Below are positions 43,950 through 53,011 of a DNA stretch of 64,000 nt, piece by piece (the stretch's first letter is position 1; each line of letters starts with the position of its first letter). The DNA comes from a virus. Both the position numbers and the translations under genes were made by a program. The notes beneath the pieces were generated by a model that was not told the origin of the DNA, ran no database searches, and saw only the letters and a program-made list of their open reading frames with translations. The stretch is taken from IMG/VR virus record IMGVR_UViG_3300025289_000001, one strand, 5' to 3'.

Positions 43950-44627
43950 TTATATTTCTATTATATTACCATTACTACTAAGTTTACCAAATCTACCATC
44001 TGTTACTACAGAACCATTACTAAATATAATATCTCTATCAGACCATTTCATTGTACCAGCATTAATAATTTCTCTAGTATTATGTATGTGTCCAAAACAA
44101 TGTAATTTTAGATTAGGTAATTTTCTTACTTTTTTTTGTAGAGCAGAACAACCACACATTTCTAATATTCCCTCTCTGTTTTCAGATAAATCCAATACAC
44201 CTTTTGGTGGAGTATGTGTTATTAAAATATCAGTATCTTCTGGTATTTGTTCCCAAAGTTTATGAAGTTTACTTCTATCTTTCATAAAATACCAATTACC
44301 AAAACTAGGTGAATATGGACTGCCCCATATATTTATACCTTCTATATAAATACCATCATTTTCTAAATAAATAATATTTCTATCAGTAAAATCTTGTCTA
44401 ATAATTAATTTTTCTGCAATAGAGGAATCATGATTACCTGCTACATATATTTTATATTTAATAGGTAATCCTCTCAACCAATTTATAAAATCTCTTATTT
44501 CTGGTTCATTTAGATAAGGGCTTCTTGGGTTACTACAATCCCCTGATACTATAATCATATCAATTCCTTCTGGTATTTCCAGTAAGTCATGATATGTATG
44601 AGTATCGGATATATGATATATTTTCAT
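43950..44627 (-). CDS. metallophosphoesterase (calcineurin-like)
   Basis: 225 aa with the motifs HISDTH, VSGDCS, AGNHD, ITHTPP and GHIH. Confidence 0.8.
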   Translation of the reverse strand: MKIYHISDTHTYHDLLEIPEGIDMIIVSGDCSNPRSPYLNEPEIRDFINWLRGLPIKYKIYVAGNHDSSIAEKLIIRQDFTDRNIIYLENDGIYIEGINIWGSPYSPSFGNWYFMKDRSKLHKLWEQIPEDTDILITHTPPKGVLDLSENREGILEMCGCSALQKKVRKLPNLKLHCFGHIHNTREIINAGTMKWSDRDIIFSNGSVVTDGRFGKLSSNGNIIEI

Positions 44628-44629
44628 AA

Positions 44630-45412
44630 TTATCTTCCTTTTTCATCTGGATATAGAGTATTAACAAAATCACTTTGAAAATATTCTTTTGTATCTATAT
44701 CCATTATTGTTAATTTTCCATTATACCCACAAGCAGTATCTAAATTCCAAATATTAGATCTATTCATTGGAATAGTAATTCTACCATTTTTAGCTTGGTT
44801 TATATCATTGTATTCAGGATAAGTTGGTTTTACATCCCACATTATTGTAGGAGTATGTCCTAAATAAATTTCTTTATGTTCATCAAATCTTCTACTTTGA
44901 CGATTACCTCCCTCATATATTCTCTTATGTGATAAAACAGCTAATGTCCATAAGTCTCTATCCCAAAAATAATTAGATTCATATGGTTCATGACCTAATC
45001 CTTTAAAAGAAGTAAATCCACCATGTACAAATCCTCTATTATCATCATCTATATAATAAGATAATTGTTTATCAAAAAATTCTTTTTTATGTTTAGTCAT
45101 TAAATCTGGATGATGTATAGTATATGCATCAAATGTTGCCTTTCCACCTTGATTTAACCATGTTTTAGAAGCTTCACCAGATTTTAACCAGTGATGTGCC
45201 CAATCATCGTGATTACCTTTAATAGCTATCAGATTTTTTATAGTTAATAATTCTTCTATACATTTTGGAACTTCCGACCAACCATCTGCTATATCTCCTA
45301 ATGATATTAATAAATCATTTTCTTTATCAAATTCAGAGCGTTCAAGGCACTGTAATAGTGCCTTATAACCCCCATGAATATCACCTACGACCAGTGTTCT
45401 ATTATATTTCAT
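44630..45412 (-). CDS. PPP-family (lambda phosphatase / ApaH-like) metallophosphatase
   Basis: 260 aa with the motifs VVGDIHGGYKAL, SLGDIADGWSE and KGNHDDW. Confidence 0.8.
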   Translation of the reverse strand: MKYNRTLVVGDIHGGYKALLQCLERSEFDKENDLLISLGDIADGWSEVPKCIEELLTIKNLIAIKGNHDDWAHHWLKSGEASKTWLNQGGKATFDAYTIHHPDLMTKHKKEFFDKQLSYYIDDDNRGFVHGGFTSFKGLGHEPYESNYFWDRDLWTLAVLSHKRIYEGGNRQSRRFDEHKEIYLGHTPTIMWDVKPTYPEYNDINQAKNGRITIPMNRSNIWNLDTACGYNGKLTIMDIDTKEYFQSDFVNTLYPDEKGR

Positions 45413-46607
45413 TTTTCTTTTTCAATTTTATTAAGCAATCTTCCATATCTGTACAATATATAAGATTTAGATTATTTATATTTTCTATCATTCTTTCAAA
45501 CCATATTTCTTCTTGGGTTTCTTTAGTTCGTATAATAAATATATTTCCTATTTCACCATTATCACGAAGTCTTCCAATTCGTTGAATTAAGTCTTTATCT
45601 GTACTATAATATGACATTATAATACAATTATCTAAATCTTTTAAATTAGCACCTTGTTTTAATTTCTTAAAACTAGCGATTACTCTGATTTTATTATCAT
45701 CAAAAGCATGTCTTATTTGTAAATTTTTAGCTTCAGAATTTAAAGAACTAACTACATTAGGTGTTATTTGTAATAATATATCTAAACTATTACCAAATAT
45801 AATAGTTTTAGTTTGTAATTGACCTAATAATTTCTTAACTATAGTAATTTTAGATACTAAATTATACAAAATATTAGTTCGCTTACTAGCAGTAATTCTA
45901 ATCTTTAAATCTTTTAATACCTTATCTATAATAAACCACGACTTTTTGTGTTCTTTATCCCAATAACTATAAGCAGCTTTCTCTGTTTGAAAGAATCTCT
46001 TCTTATTATTTCCAGCATTTATAGTAGGATTTATATCATCTAATGAATGATCTATTACATATACATCTAGTTTTCTTGATGTTCCTTCAGTTTGACCTCT
46101 ATTCATTGAATATTTATAACATATAGGAGCAACTTGGTTCAATAAATCACCCTTAGTTATAATTTTCCCATCTACTATATATTCAGTTTTCTTAATAATA
46201 GTAGCTGATAGTCCTATAATAGCATCATAAGTATTATTAAAGTAAAATTTAGAATAAGCCAAACTTAAACTATCATGAATTTCATCCGCTATCACCAAAC
46301 CAAAATGTCTATTTTTCCATTTATATACAGTCTGATAACAATAAAACTGTAGATTATAATCATTTAAAACATCTCGATTAAAAATTTTATTATATTTTTT
46401 AATATCTTCTATTAAATCTACCTTTCTACTTATAGTTTCAGCTAAAAATAGATGAATATCATCATTTCTAGGCATTGTATATAATGCATGCAAACTAATA
46501 AAGGTCTTGCCTAGCCCAGTAATTATTTCACAGGTTCCAGTTTTACCTCTTTCTAACCACTTATTTAATGCTTCTTGTTGTATTTTATCTTTTAAAAGAT
46601 TATTCAT
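45402..46607 (-). CDS. superfamily-2 DEAD/DEAH-type (ResIII-like) helicase
   Basis: 401 aa. Walker A is TGLGKTF, motif II is IADEIHD, motif III is LSAT, and motif VI is QRIGRLRD. Confidence 0.75.
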   Translation of the reverse strand: MNNLLKDKIQQEALNKWLERGKTGTCEIITGLGKTFISLHALYTMPRNDDIHLFLAETISRKVDLIEDIKKYNKIFNRDVLNDYNLQFYCYQTVYKWKNRHFGLVIADEIHDSLSLAYSKFYFNNTYDAIIGLSATIIKKTEYIVDGKIITKGDLLNQVAPICYKYSMNRGQTEGTSRKLDVYVIDHSLDDINPTINAGNNKKRFFQTEKAAYSYWDKEHKKSWFIIDKVLKDLKIRITASKRTNILYNLVSKITIVKKLLGQLQTKTIIFGNSLDILLQITPNVVSSLNSEAKNLQIRHAFDDNKIRVIASFKKLKQGANLKDLDNCIIMSYYSTDKDLIQRIGRLRDNGEIGNIFIIRTKETQEEIWFERMIENINNLNLIYCTDMEDCLIKLKKKNEI

Positions 46608-46957
46608 TATTTAGTTACTTCTCTAGTATCACCACTACCATGTAAAGTATTTGTAGTTCGACGTTGAATTAATTTATTATAATTGACTGTCATAATATCT
46701 TCAAGTGAAATACCTATTTCATTACTAATAGCTGTAATATACCATAATACATCGCCTAATTCTTTATTTAATAAAAGTTTTATATCTTCTGATATGATTT
46801 TTTTATTTAAAAAATCATTATCTCTATATAATTTTTTTACTTTTTCAGCAACTTCTCCTGCTTCTCCTGTTAAACCTAATGCACAATATGCTAATCCAAC
46901 TTCTTTTGGATATATAGCTGTTAATTCAATTATTTTTTGGTATTCTTTTATATCCAT
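46607..46957 (-). CDS. MazG-like nucleoside triphosphate pyrophosphohydrolase
   Basis: 116 aa. GLTGEAGEVAEKVKK ... ELGDVLWY is the canonical all-alpha NTP-PPase pattern (E-x-x-E ... E-x-x-D). Confidence 0.8.
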   Translation of the reverse strand: MDIKEYQKIIELTAIYPKEVGLAYCALGLTGEAGEVAEKVKKLYRDNDFLNKKIISEDIKLLLNKELGDVLWYITAISNEIGISLEDIMTVNYNKLIQRRTTNTLHGSGDTREVTK

Positions 46958-46958
46958 A

Positions 46959-47078
46959 TTAAATATTATTTTCAGATTCTAATAAATTAATAATTTCTTT
47001 AATTTCATATATTTCATCACTACCTATTCTGTCACTCCATTGTAGTAATTGTTTTAATCTTTTTATAGCTTCTTCCAT
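46959..47078 (-). CDS. possible 39-aa acidic micro-protein
   Basis: Not in the ORF track. Sequence MEEAIKRLKQLLQWSDRIGSDEIYEIKEIINLLESENNI. It exactly fills the gap between two genes, with 1-nt spacers on both sides. Confidence 0.35.
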   Translation of the reverse strand: MEEAIKRLKQLLQWSDRIGSDEIYEIKEIINLLESENNI

Positions 47079-47079
47079 A

Positions 47080-47268
47080 TTAATTTTCTTCAATATTTAT
47101 AATTTCTAGAGCTTCACCATTTTTAGTATCAACCCATCCATCATTAGAATCAGCTTCTCCACTTAATACAAGTGCTTTAGCTATCTCTTCTGTTTCAGCT
47201 TTTACTATAAATGTTTCATGTTCATAACCTTCTATCCATCTAATAGTTTCTATTTTATAACTTTTCAT
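47080..47268 (-). CDS. small acidic hypothetical protein (62 aa)
   Basis: I prefer the ATG at 47268, 1 nt after the RNR stop, over the listed 47349 start, which lies inside the RNR gene. Confidence 0.5.
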   Translation of the reverse strand: MKSYKIETIRWIEGYEHETFIVKAETEEIAKALVLSGEADSNDGWVDTKNGEALEIINIEEN

Positions 47269-47269
47269 A

Positions 47270-49930
47270 TTACCCGCATTTAGAATTTCCACATGAACGG
47301 CATCTTGAACACCCTTCTTCAAATATAACATTATTACTACCACATTCATTACAAGTTATTGTAGATTTAGCTCCTTCAGGTATATATTTCTTTAATACTC
47401 TAGTAATTACTTTAGCAAAAGAAAACATATCTCCGTGAGTTTTACCTAATTGCTCTACAATAAACTTAATATCTGTACGATGACGAAGAGATGTAGAAAT
47501 TAATCTAGTGATTATTTCTTGTTCTGCATTCATCTCTGAAGTAATATCTTCAGAATATGTTTCTCCATATTTAATTAAATTATACTTTCCTTTCCCTTTT
47601 TTACAAAGTTCCATGGAAGTTTCATTAGTGAAATATGGTACTGCAAATACTTCATAAGGTTTATTATCTTGTAAACCTATAATTACATTCCATTTAACTC
47701 CTTGACTTGTTATTGTATGTATATCTACTGGAAGACAACTTGGTCTTTTAGTAGCATCTTTATATTCAAAAGATGTTATAGTAGGTTTATTAGAAACTAA
47801 TACACCACTTCTACTACCATCTCTATATACTGTAATACCTTTTAAACCTTTTTCCCAAGATTTCATATAGATATTAGAAACTTCTTCTTCAGATACATCA
47901 TTAGGTAAATTTATAGTAGAAGATATACTATGACTAATATATTTTTGAATAATAGATTGTATTTCAATTCTCTTATCCCAATCTATATCATTAGCTGTAC
48001 AATTATACCAAGGTGATAATTTAAAATATGTATCTAATTGTACTGTTTCAAAATATTCAATATCATCTACATCTTCTATTAAATATCCTTGTGGGGCATT
48101 TCCAATATAATAATATAACCAATCTTTAAATTTAGGATGAATTACAGGAAATTCTTGCCAAGAATCACCATTACCATCTACAAAATCAACTCTAATATCT
48201 TCATTAGGATTAACTTTCTTTCTTCTTGTATAGAAGGGTTGAAATAATGGTTCTACTCCTGAAGTAGTTTGTGTTAATAAAGATACAGTACCTGTTGGGG
48301 CAACTGTACTCCAACTAATATTTCTACGTCCATATTCATACATTCTTAAATATTGACTTGGAAATTCTATTTGTAAAAATTTATAAAAAGTATTAGAACC
48401 CACCGTTATATCATCTTTATCATCAGGATATTCTAATTGATTATTCCATCCTTCAAATGTACCTCTTAATATTGCTAAGTCAGTTGTACAATCTAATTCA
48501 GAACGCATTTTAACTTGCATTATTTGCTTTATAATTTCTAAAGCTTCCTCTGAATCATAATCTATATTTAAAGCTGCTAGAGTGTCTCCTAATGCTGTAA
48601 AACCTAATCCTGTTCTTCTACTTTGTATAGCTGTTTGTCTAATCTTTAACCAAAGAACTAATTCTCTTGCTTTAATTTCATTAGATTCAGGATCTTCTCG
48701 TAATTTATTAATAATTCTATCAATATGTTCTATTTCTAAATCAATTAAATCGTCACTAAGACGCATTGCTTTATAATTAATTTTATAGAATTTATCCATA
48801 TTAAATTTTGCATTTACTGTAAAAGGATTATCAACAAAACTGAATAAATTAACTGCAATTAATCTACAAGCATCATATTCTTGCATAGCAATTTCTGAAC
48901 ATGGATTAGTTGTAACTTGTTTAAATTGAGGATATACACTATCTGGACTATAGTCTAACATTATATCCCAATTCATAATACCAGGTTCTGCTACACTATG
49001 TGCAGATTTTATAATTTCATCCCAATATTCTTTAGCTTTAATTTTTTTAATATATTTCTCTTTCTCAGGGTCATCAGAAATAACCTTTAAAAGACTATTA
49101 TATTCTAATTGTTTAGGGTCTGGGTAATCTATATTAGAAGAACTTGTACAAGGAAACCTAAGAATATAATCTTCATTATTTTCTACAGCTTTCATAAATT
49201 CATTATTAAGCTTAATTGAAATATTAGCACCTGTTACTTGTGTTAAATCTCTTTTAATCTTAATAAATTCTAATATATCTGGATGATTAATATCCATACT
49301 TATCATTAATGCACCTCTTCTACCACCTTGAGCAACTTCTCTTGTAGTATTAGAAAATCTATGCATGAATGATACAGCACCTGTTGATGTTTTAGCTACA
49401 TTACTTACTTTAGTTCCGTCAGGTCTTAATGTTGAAATGTCAATTCCTACTCCACCTCTTCGTTTCATCAATTGAGCTAATTCTTCATCTTTTTGGAAGA
49501 TTCCACCATAAGAATCATCAGGTTGTCCTATAACAAAACAATTAGATAAACTACCAATAGTATTAGATCCTAATTGAGACATTATAGAACCTTGTGGTAT
49601 TATATATTTAAAATCTTTAAATAAATTATATATATTTTCTTCTAAATAATCTAATAATTTTTCTTTTGGTAATTCTTCATCATTTAATAATAATAAATCT
49701 TCTCCATAGTCTGATAATTTATTAACTTCTAATTGAAATTCTTTATTATCAAGATTATTAAATTTTTCTCTTTCTTCAAGTATATAATCATATTCTATTC
49801 TAGCAAATTCTTTTGCCATTCGATGATGCATATCATCAGGTGTTTCTTCACCTTCTTTTTGGTATTTACCTTGCCACACATTTGCAGCAAGGTCATCACC
49901 ATTAAAATATTTTAGTAATTTTTTATTCAT
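47270..49930 (-). CDS. nrdJ: ribonucleotide reductase, probably class II (adenosylcobalamin-dependent)
   Basis: 886 aa. Active-site motifs are TNPCSEI and GGRRGALM. The C-terminal CNECGS...EGCSRCRSCGNSKCG is the Cys-rich zinc finger described for most class II RNRs. No beta-subunit gene is present in the window. Confidence 0.75.
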   Translation of the reverse strand: MNKKLLKYFNGDDLAANVWQGKYQKEGEETPDDMHHRMAKEFARIEYDYILEEREKFNNLDNKEFQLEVNKLSDYGEDLLLLNDEELPKEKLLDYLEENIYNLFKDFKYIIPQGSIMSQLGSNTIGSLSNCFVIGQPDDSYGGIFQKDEELAQLMKRRGGVGIDISTLRPDGTKVSNVAKTSTGAVSFMHRFSNTTREVAQGGRRGALMISMDINHPDILEFIKIKRDLTQVTGANISIKLNNEFMKAVENNEDYILRFPCTSSSNIDYPDPKQLEYNSLLKVISDDPEKEKYIKKIKAKEYWDEIIKSAHSVAEPGIMNWDIMLDYSPDSVYPQFKQVTTNPCSEIAMQEYDACRLIAVNLFSFVDNPFTVNAKFNMDKFYKINYKAMRLSDDLIDLEIEHIDRIINKLREDPESNEIKARELVLWLKIRQTAIQSRRTGLGFTALGDTLAALNIDYDSEEALEIIKQIMQVKMRSELDCTTDLAILRGTFEGWNNQLEYPDDKDDITVGSNTFYKFLQIEFPSQYLRMYEYGRRNISWSTVAPTGTVSLLTQTTSGVEPLFQPFYTRRKKVNPNEDIRVDFVDGNGDSWQEFPVIHPKFKDWLYYYIGNAPQGYLIEDVDDIEYFETVQLDTYFKLSPWYNCTANDIDWDKRIEIQSIIQKYISHSISSTINLPNDVSEEEVSNIYMKSWEKGLKGITVYRDGSRSGVLVSNKPTITSFEYKDATKRPSCLPVDIHTITSQGVKWNVIIGLQDNKPYEVFAVPYFTNETSMELCKKGKGKYNLIKYGETYSEDITSEMNAEQEIITRLISTSLRHRTDIKFIVEQLGKTHGDMFSFAKVITRVLKKYIPEGAKSTITCNECGSNNVIFEEGCSRCRSCGNSKCG

Positions 49931-49990
49931 TCGTCATTTTTGTTTATAAAAACAATTCCTCACTCACTTTATTCTAAATAAATATTATAT

Positions 49991-50545
49991 TTATTTTTGT
50001 TTTATATTTGTTAAATTAAAAGTTTCATCTTCTAATGATATCATATCTGTCAATTCAGCATCATCAGATAATTTAACTCCTAATTCTTTTTCTATTTTCT
50101 CTTTTAATGTTTTATCTTTAAATAATATTTGTTTTAACTTTAATAAAAATGGAATAGCATTAAGATTATTTTGATATACTTTTGTAAAGTATGATAATAT
50201 TAAATTTTTTGCATCTTGTCCAAATTGAGAATATTCTCCTAATATAAAATGATTATATTCATTCATATACTCTTCTGGAAATTTAAAAATATATAATACT
50301 TGATTATCTATATCAATTAATTCTACAAAATATTGATTTTTAATTATTTTATTTTCATATGCTGTAAACTCTGGGTTTCTAAAAGAAAAATCATGTAATA
50401 TATATAAACAATTTTTATATTTACCCTGATCATCTGCAACATATGTATTAATCAAATGACTAAAAAATCTTGCTTCCATATCTATTAAGTTTGCCAATAA
50501 AGGTAATAAGTATGTTTTAGATTTATTATATCTAATACTACTCAT
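49991..50545 (-). CDS. hypothetical protein
   Basis: 184-aa ORF with an ATG start, tightly packed. No motif recognised. Confidence 0.6.
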   Translation of the reverse strand: MSSIRYNKSKTYLLPLLANLIDMEARFFSHLINTYVADDQGKYKNCLYILHDFSFRNPEFTAYENKIIKNQYFVELIDIDNQVLYIFKFPEEYMNEYNHFILGEYSQFGQDAKNLILSYFTKVYQNNLNAIPFLLKLKQILFKDKTLKEKIEKELGVKLSDDAELTDMISLEDETFNLTNIKQK

Positions 50546-50548
50546 ATC

Positions 50549-51553
50549 TTATTTTATATTAATAAATTGGTCATCCAATTTTACATTACCTTGTCCTTCA
50601 AATATATCTTTGGATACATCAAATACTCTATTTGATAAATGCCAAATAATTTCATCAATTACATCATTAAGACCTTTATATTCATATCCACTTGCAGTAG
50701 TGAAACCAAATTCACCTGCATGATGCCAAATATTAGATATGGTATAAATTAATGGTAATTTTTGTTTTCTTCCTATATATAAGAATTGGAAAGGTAAAAG
50801 TGTATAACCTTCTAATTCTAAATCTTTACAAATTGTATCAAAACTCTTCATATAAAGAGATTCTTGAAAATAATAACGATATTTAATAAAACTATTCATA
50901 AAATTTTCAGCATTATCTTGTCCTGTTTTAAGATCTATAAGCTGTACTGTTTTATTTTCATGGTCTATTAATACCATATCTATTATTCCTCTAAATTTTA
51001 TTTTTTTATAAATAAATTCAAATTTATATTGATTTAATCTAGTTAAATTATTATTAAAAATATGTTTTGAAAATTCATGTGTTTGTAATATAGATGCTAA
51101 TTCTTTACCTAATTCTAATTCACTACCTGTTATTAAGGTTTTTGTTTTAGATAAATATTGAGCATTTAAATACTCCCAAAATTCTGGAATATCAAAATAA
51201 GATAGAATAGTTTCTTCTTTACTTCTTTTCCAAAATTCATTAATTTCAATAATTCTTAATATTGTTTCTTTTGAAGGTAATTCGTTATAATTTAATAAAA
51301 TTATATCTACTAATTTACCCAATGTGGCTGTTGGTTTTTCACCATCATAAATAAAGTATTTATCTTCAAAGTGTTCTTGGTCAAATAACCAATCATCAGT
51401 GACTGAACCTATTTTAACACCTTCGCCACTTACTTCTGTTCGCGTATTTAGAGCTCTAGGACCATTTCTATCAAAGTCTGATATCCTACTATAGCTTAAA
51501 GACATTTCCATCGTTTCATTTGAGCTATATAGCTCGTTCAATTCATCATTCAT
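50549..51553 (-). CDS. PD-(D/E)XK (RecB/Cas4-like) exonuclease
   Basis: 334 aa. FRGIIDMVLID...VQLIDLKTG...YYFQESLY gives the D...D-x-K...Q-x-x-x-Y motif set. Confidence 0.6.
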   Translation of the reverse strand: MNDELNELYSSNETMEMSLSYSRISDFDRNGPRALNTRTEVSGEGVKIGSVTDDWLFDQEHFEDKYFIYDGEKPTATLGKLVDIILLNYNELPSKETILRIIEINEFWKRSKEETILSYFDIPEFWEYLNAQYLSKTKTLITGSELELGKELASILQTHEFSKHIFNNNLTRLNQYKFEFIYKKIKFRGIIDMVLIDHENKTVQLIDLKTGQDNAENFMNSFIKYRYYFQESLYMKSFDTICKDLELEGYTLLPFQFLYIGRKQKLPLIYTISNIWHHAGEFGFTTASGYEYKGLNDVIDEIIWHLSNRVFDVSKDIFEGQGNVKLDDQFINIK

Positions 51554-51558
51554 AAAAT

Positions 51559-51819
51559 TTATTCTATATTTATGCTCTCTAAATAAGCATCAAGTACTAA
51601 ATCTTCTAATTGATTAGATAATTTTAATTGAGTCATAAGTACTTGATTTGTTGGATCCATCTCCGCAATAATACTTAATAATTCTGTTTGTTCATCTAAT
51701 AATAATCTTAAATCTGTTAATTTATTATTATCTAAATAATATACTACTTTATTAAATTGTACATCATCTAATACGGCTTGAGCTAAATTTAATACTTGAT
51801 TTCTTATTTGTTTTTGCAT
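51559..51819 (-). CDS. hypothetical small acidic helical protein
   Basis: 86-aa ORF, 1 nt from the upstream gene. Confidence 0.55.
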   Translation of the reverse strand: MQKQIRNQVLNLAQAVLDDVQFNKVVYYLDNNKLTDLRLLLDEQTELLSIIAEMDPTNQVLMTQLKLSNQLEDLVLDAYLESINIE

Positions 51820-51820
51820 A

Positions 51821-52321
51821 TTAAAAAATTTTAATATATACTCCTGGATTATTTGAATCCACAGAATACCATTTGGTTATTCTTATATTTTGTAAAGTGG
51901 GTAGTTCTCCATCTATAGACATAGGTATTGGAAATACATATTTGATATTATCATCTTCTATAAAATCATGAGCTGTAAATAAATCTTGTAATATTTCTAC
52001 ACTATTACTAAAATCAAATAAAGCTTTACTTTTTCTTACTTGATGATATCCTATAAATAAAGGATTATCTTTACCAACTTTCATTGCTTCAAATTGAGCC
52101 CTTATTGCTTCAATTTGATTTGGACGTGTTTTATCAACATATCCTTTTACTAGTTTATGTTTAGAACTAAAAGATTGTATACCCAAACTCCTAAGATATT
52201 TATTTACCGTAGGAGAACTGAATATACCTCTTTGTGTTTTAACTTTACTATTTTTTAAACTGGGTACTGACCCTGGTATCCATATCATTTGATTACCATG
52301 GGATACAACAGTCTGGTCCAT
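51821..52321 (-). CDS. RusA-like Holliday-junction resolvase (tentative)
   Basis: IPGSVPSLKNSK and DFSNSVEILQDLFTAHDFIEDDNIKYV resemble RusA PPSNN and DLDN...D...DD motifs. An alternative start at 52288 (MIWIPG) would remove the 29-nt overlap with the UDG gene. Confidence 0.4.
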   Translation of the reverse strand: MDQTVVSHGNQMIWIPGSVPSLKNSKVKTQRGIFSSPTVNKYLRSLGIQSFSSKHKLVKGYVDKTRPNQIEAIRAQFEAMKVGKDNPLFIGYHQVRKSKALFDFSNSVEILQDLFTAHDFIEDDNIKYVFPIPMSIDGELPTLQNIRITKWYSVDSNNPGVYIKIF

Positions 52322-53000
52322 TTATTTTTGCTATTAATTTGTTAATTTCTACAAAATGATTACAATTCCATTTTCTGTCTTCTTCAACAGCTTTTGTAGG
52401 ACTTTCACATTCAAAAATAAAATGCTTGTCTTCATTAATGTATTGTTTAAAATACTGAGCTTCTTCACCCCAAAGACAAAAAATAATATTAGTTTTATTT
52501 TTACTAATAGTTTTAATTACTTCACGAGTAAAATTTCTCCAATATTCTAAGTGACTTCCTGGTTTACCATCTTGAACAGTTAATGCAGAATTTAATAATA
52601 AAACACCTGCATATTCCCAAAATTCTAAAGTAGGTTCCATATTTATTCTAAGACCATTATTTATTTGTTCCTCTATTGTTTCAAGTATTTTAACTAATTC
52701 AGGTGAAAAGTTTTGTCCAACTTTATCATCATTTCCAAAAGCTAAACCTGTGGCATGTGATGTAAAATATGGCTCTTTACCTAATATTACTACTTGTAAA
52801 TCAGTAATAGGACAATAAAAAAATGAATCAAAGACTCTTATCTTATTAGGTGATATTCTTTGTACTTTATAACTTTCATTAATAAAATACATTAGATTAG
52901 TCATATATTCAGAAATGAGTAAGGGGTTTAACGCCCTTACCCATGCTTTTCCTAATAATGCTTCATAATCAATATCTAATTTATATTTTGGTGATATCAT
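52293..53000 (-). CDS. family-1 uracil-DNA glycosylase homologue with a non-canonical active site
   Basis: 235 aa. VVILGKEPYF aligns with E. coli VVILGQDPYH, GVLLLNSALTV with GVLLLNTVLTV, CESPT with HPSPL, and NCNHFV with GCNHFV. Confidence 0.7.
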   Translation of the reverse strand: MISPKYKLDIDYEALLGKAWVRALNPLLISEYMTNLMYFINESYKVQRISPNKIRVFDSFFYCPITDLQVVILGKEPYFTSHATGLAFGNDDKVGQNFSPELVKILETIEEQINNGLRINMEPTLEFWEYAGVLLLNSALTVQDGKPGSHLEYWRNFTREVIKTISKNKTNIIFCLWGEEAQYFKQYINEDKHFIFECESPTKAVEEDRKWNCNHFVEINKLIAKINGPDCCIPW

Positions 53001-53011
53001 TAGTTATATAA

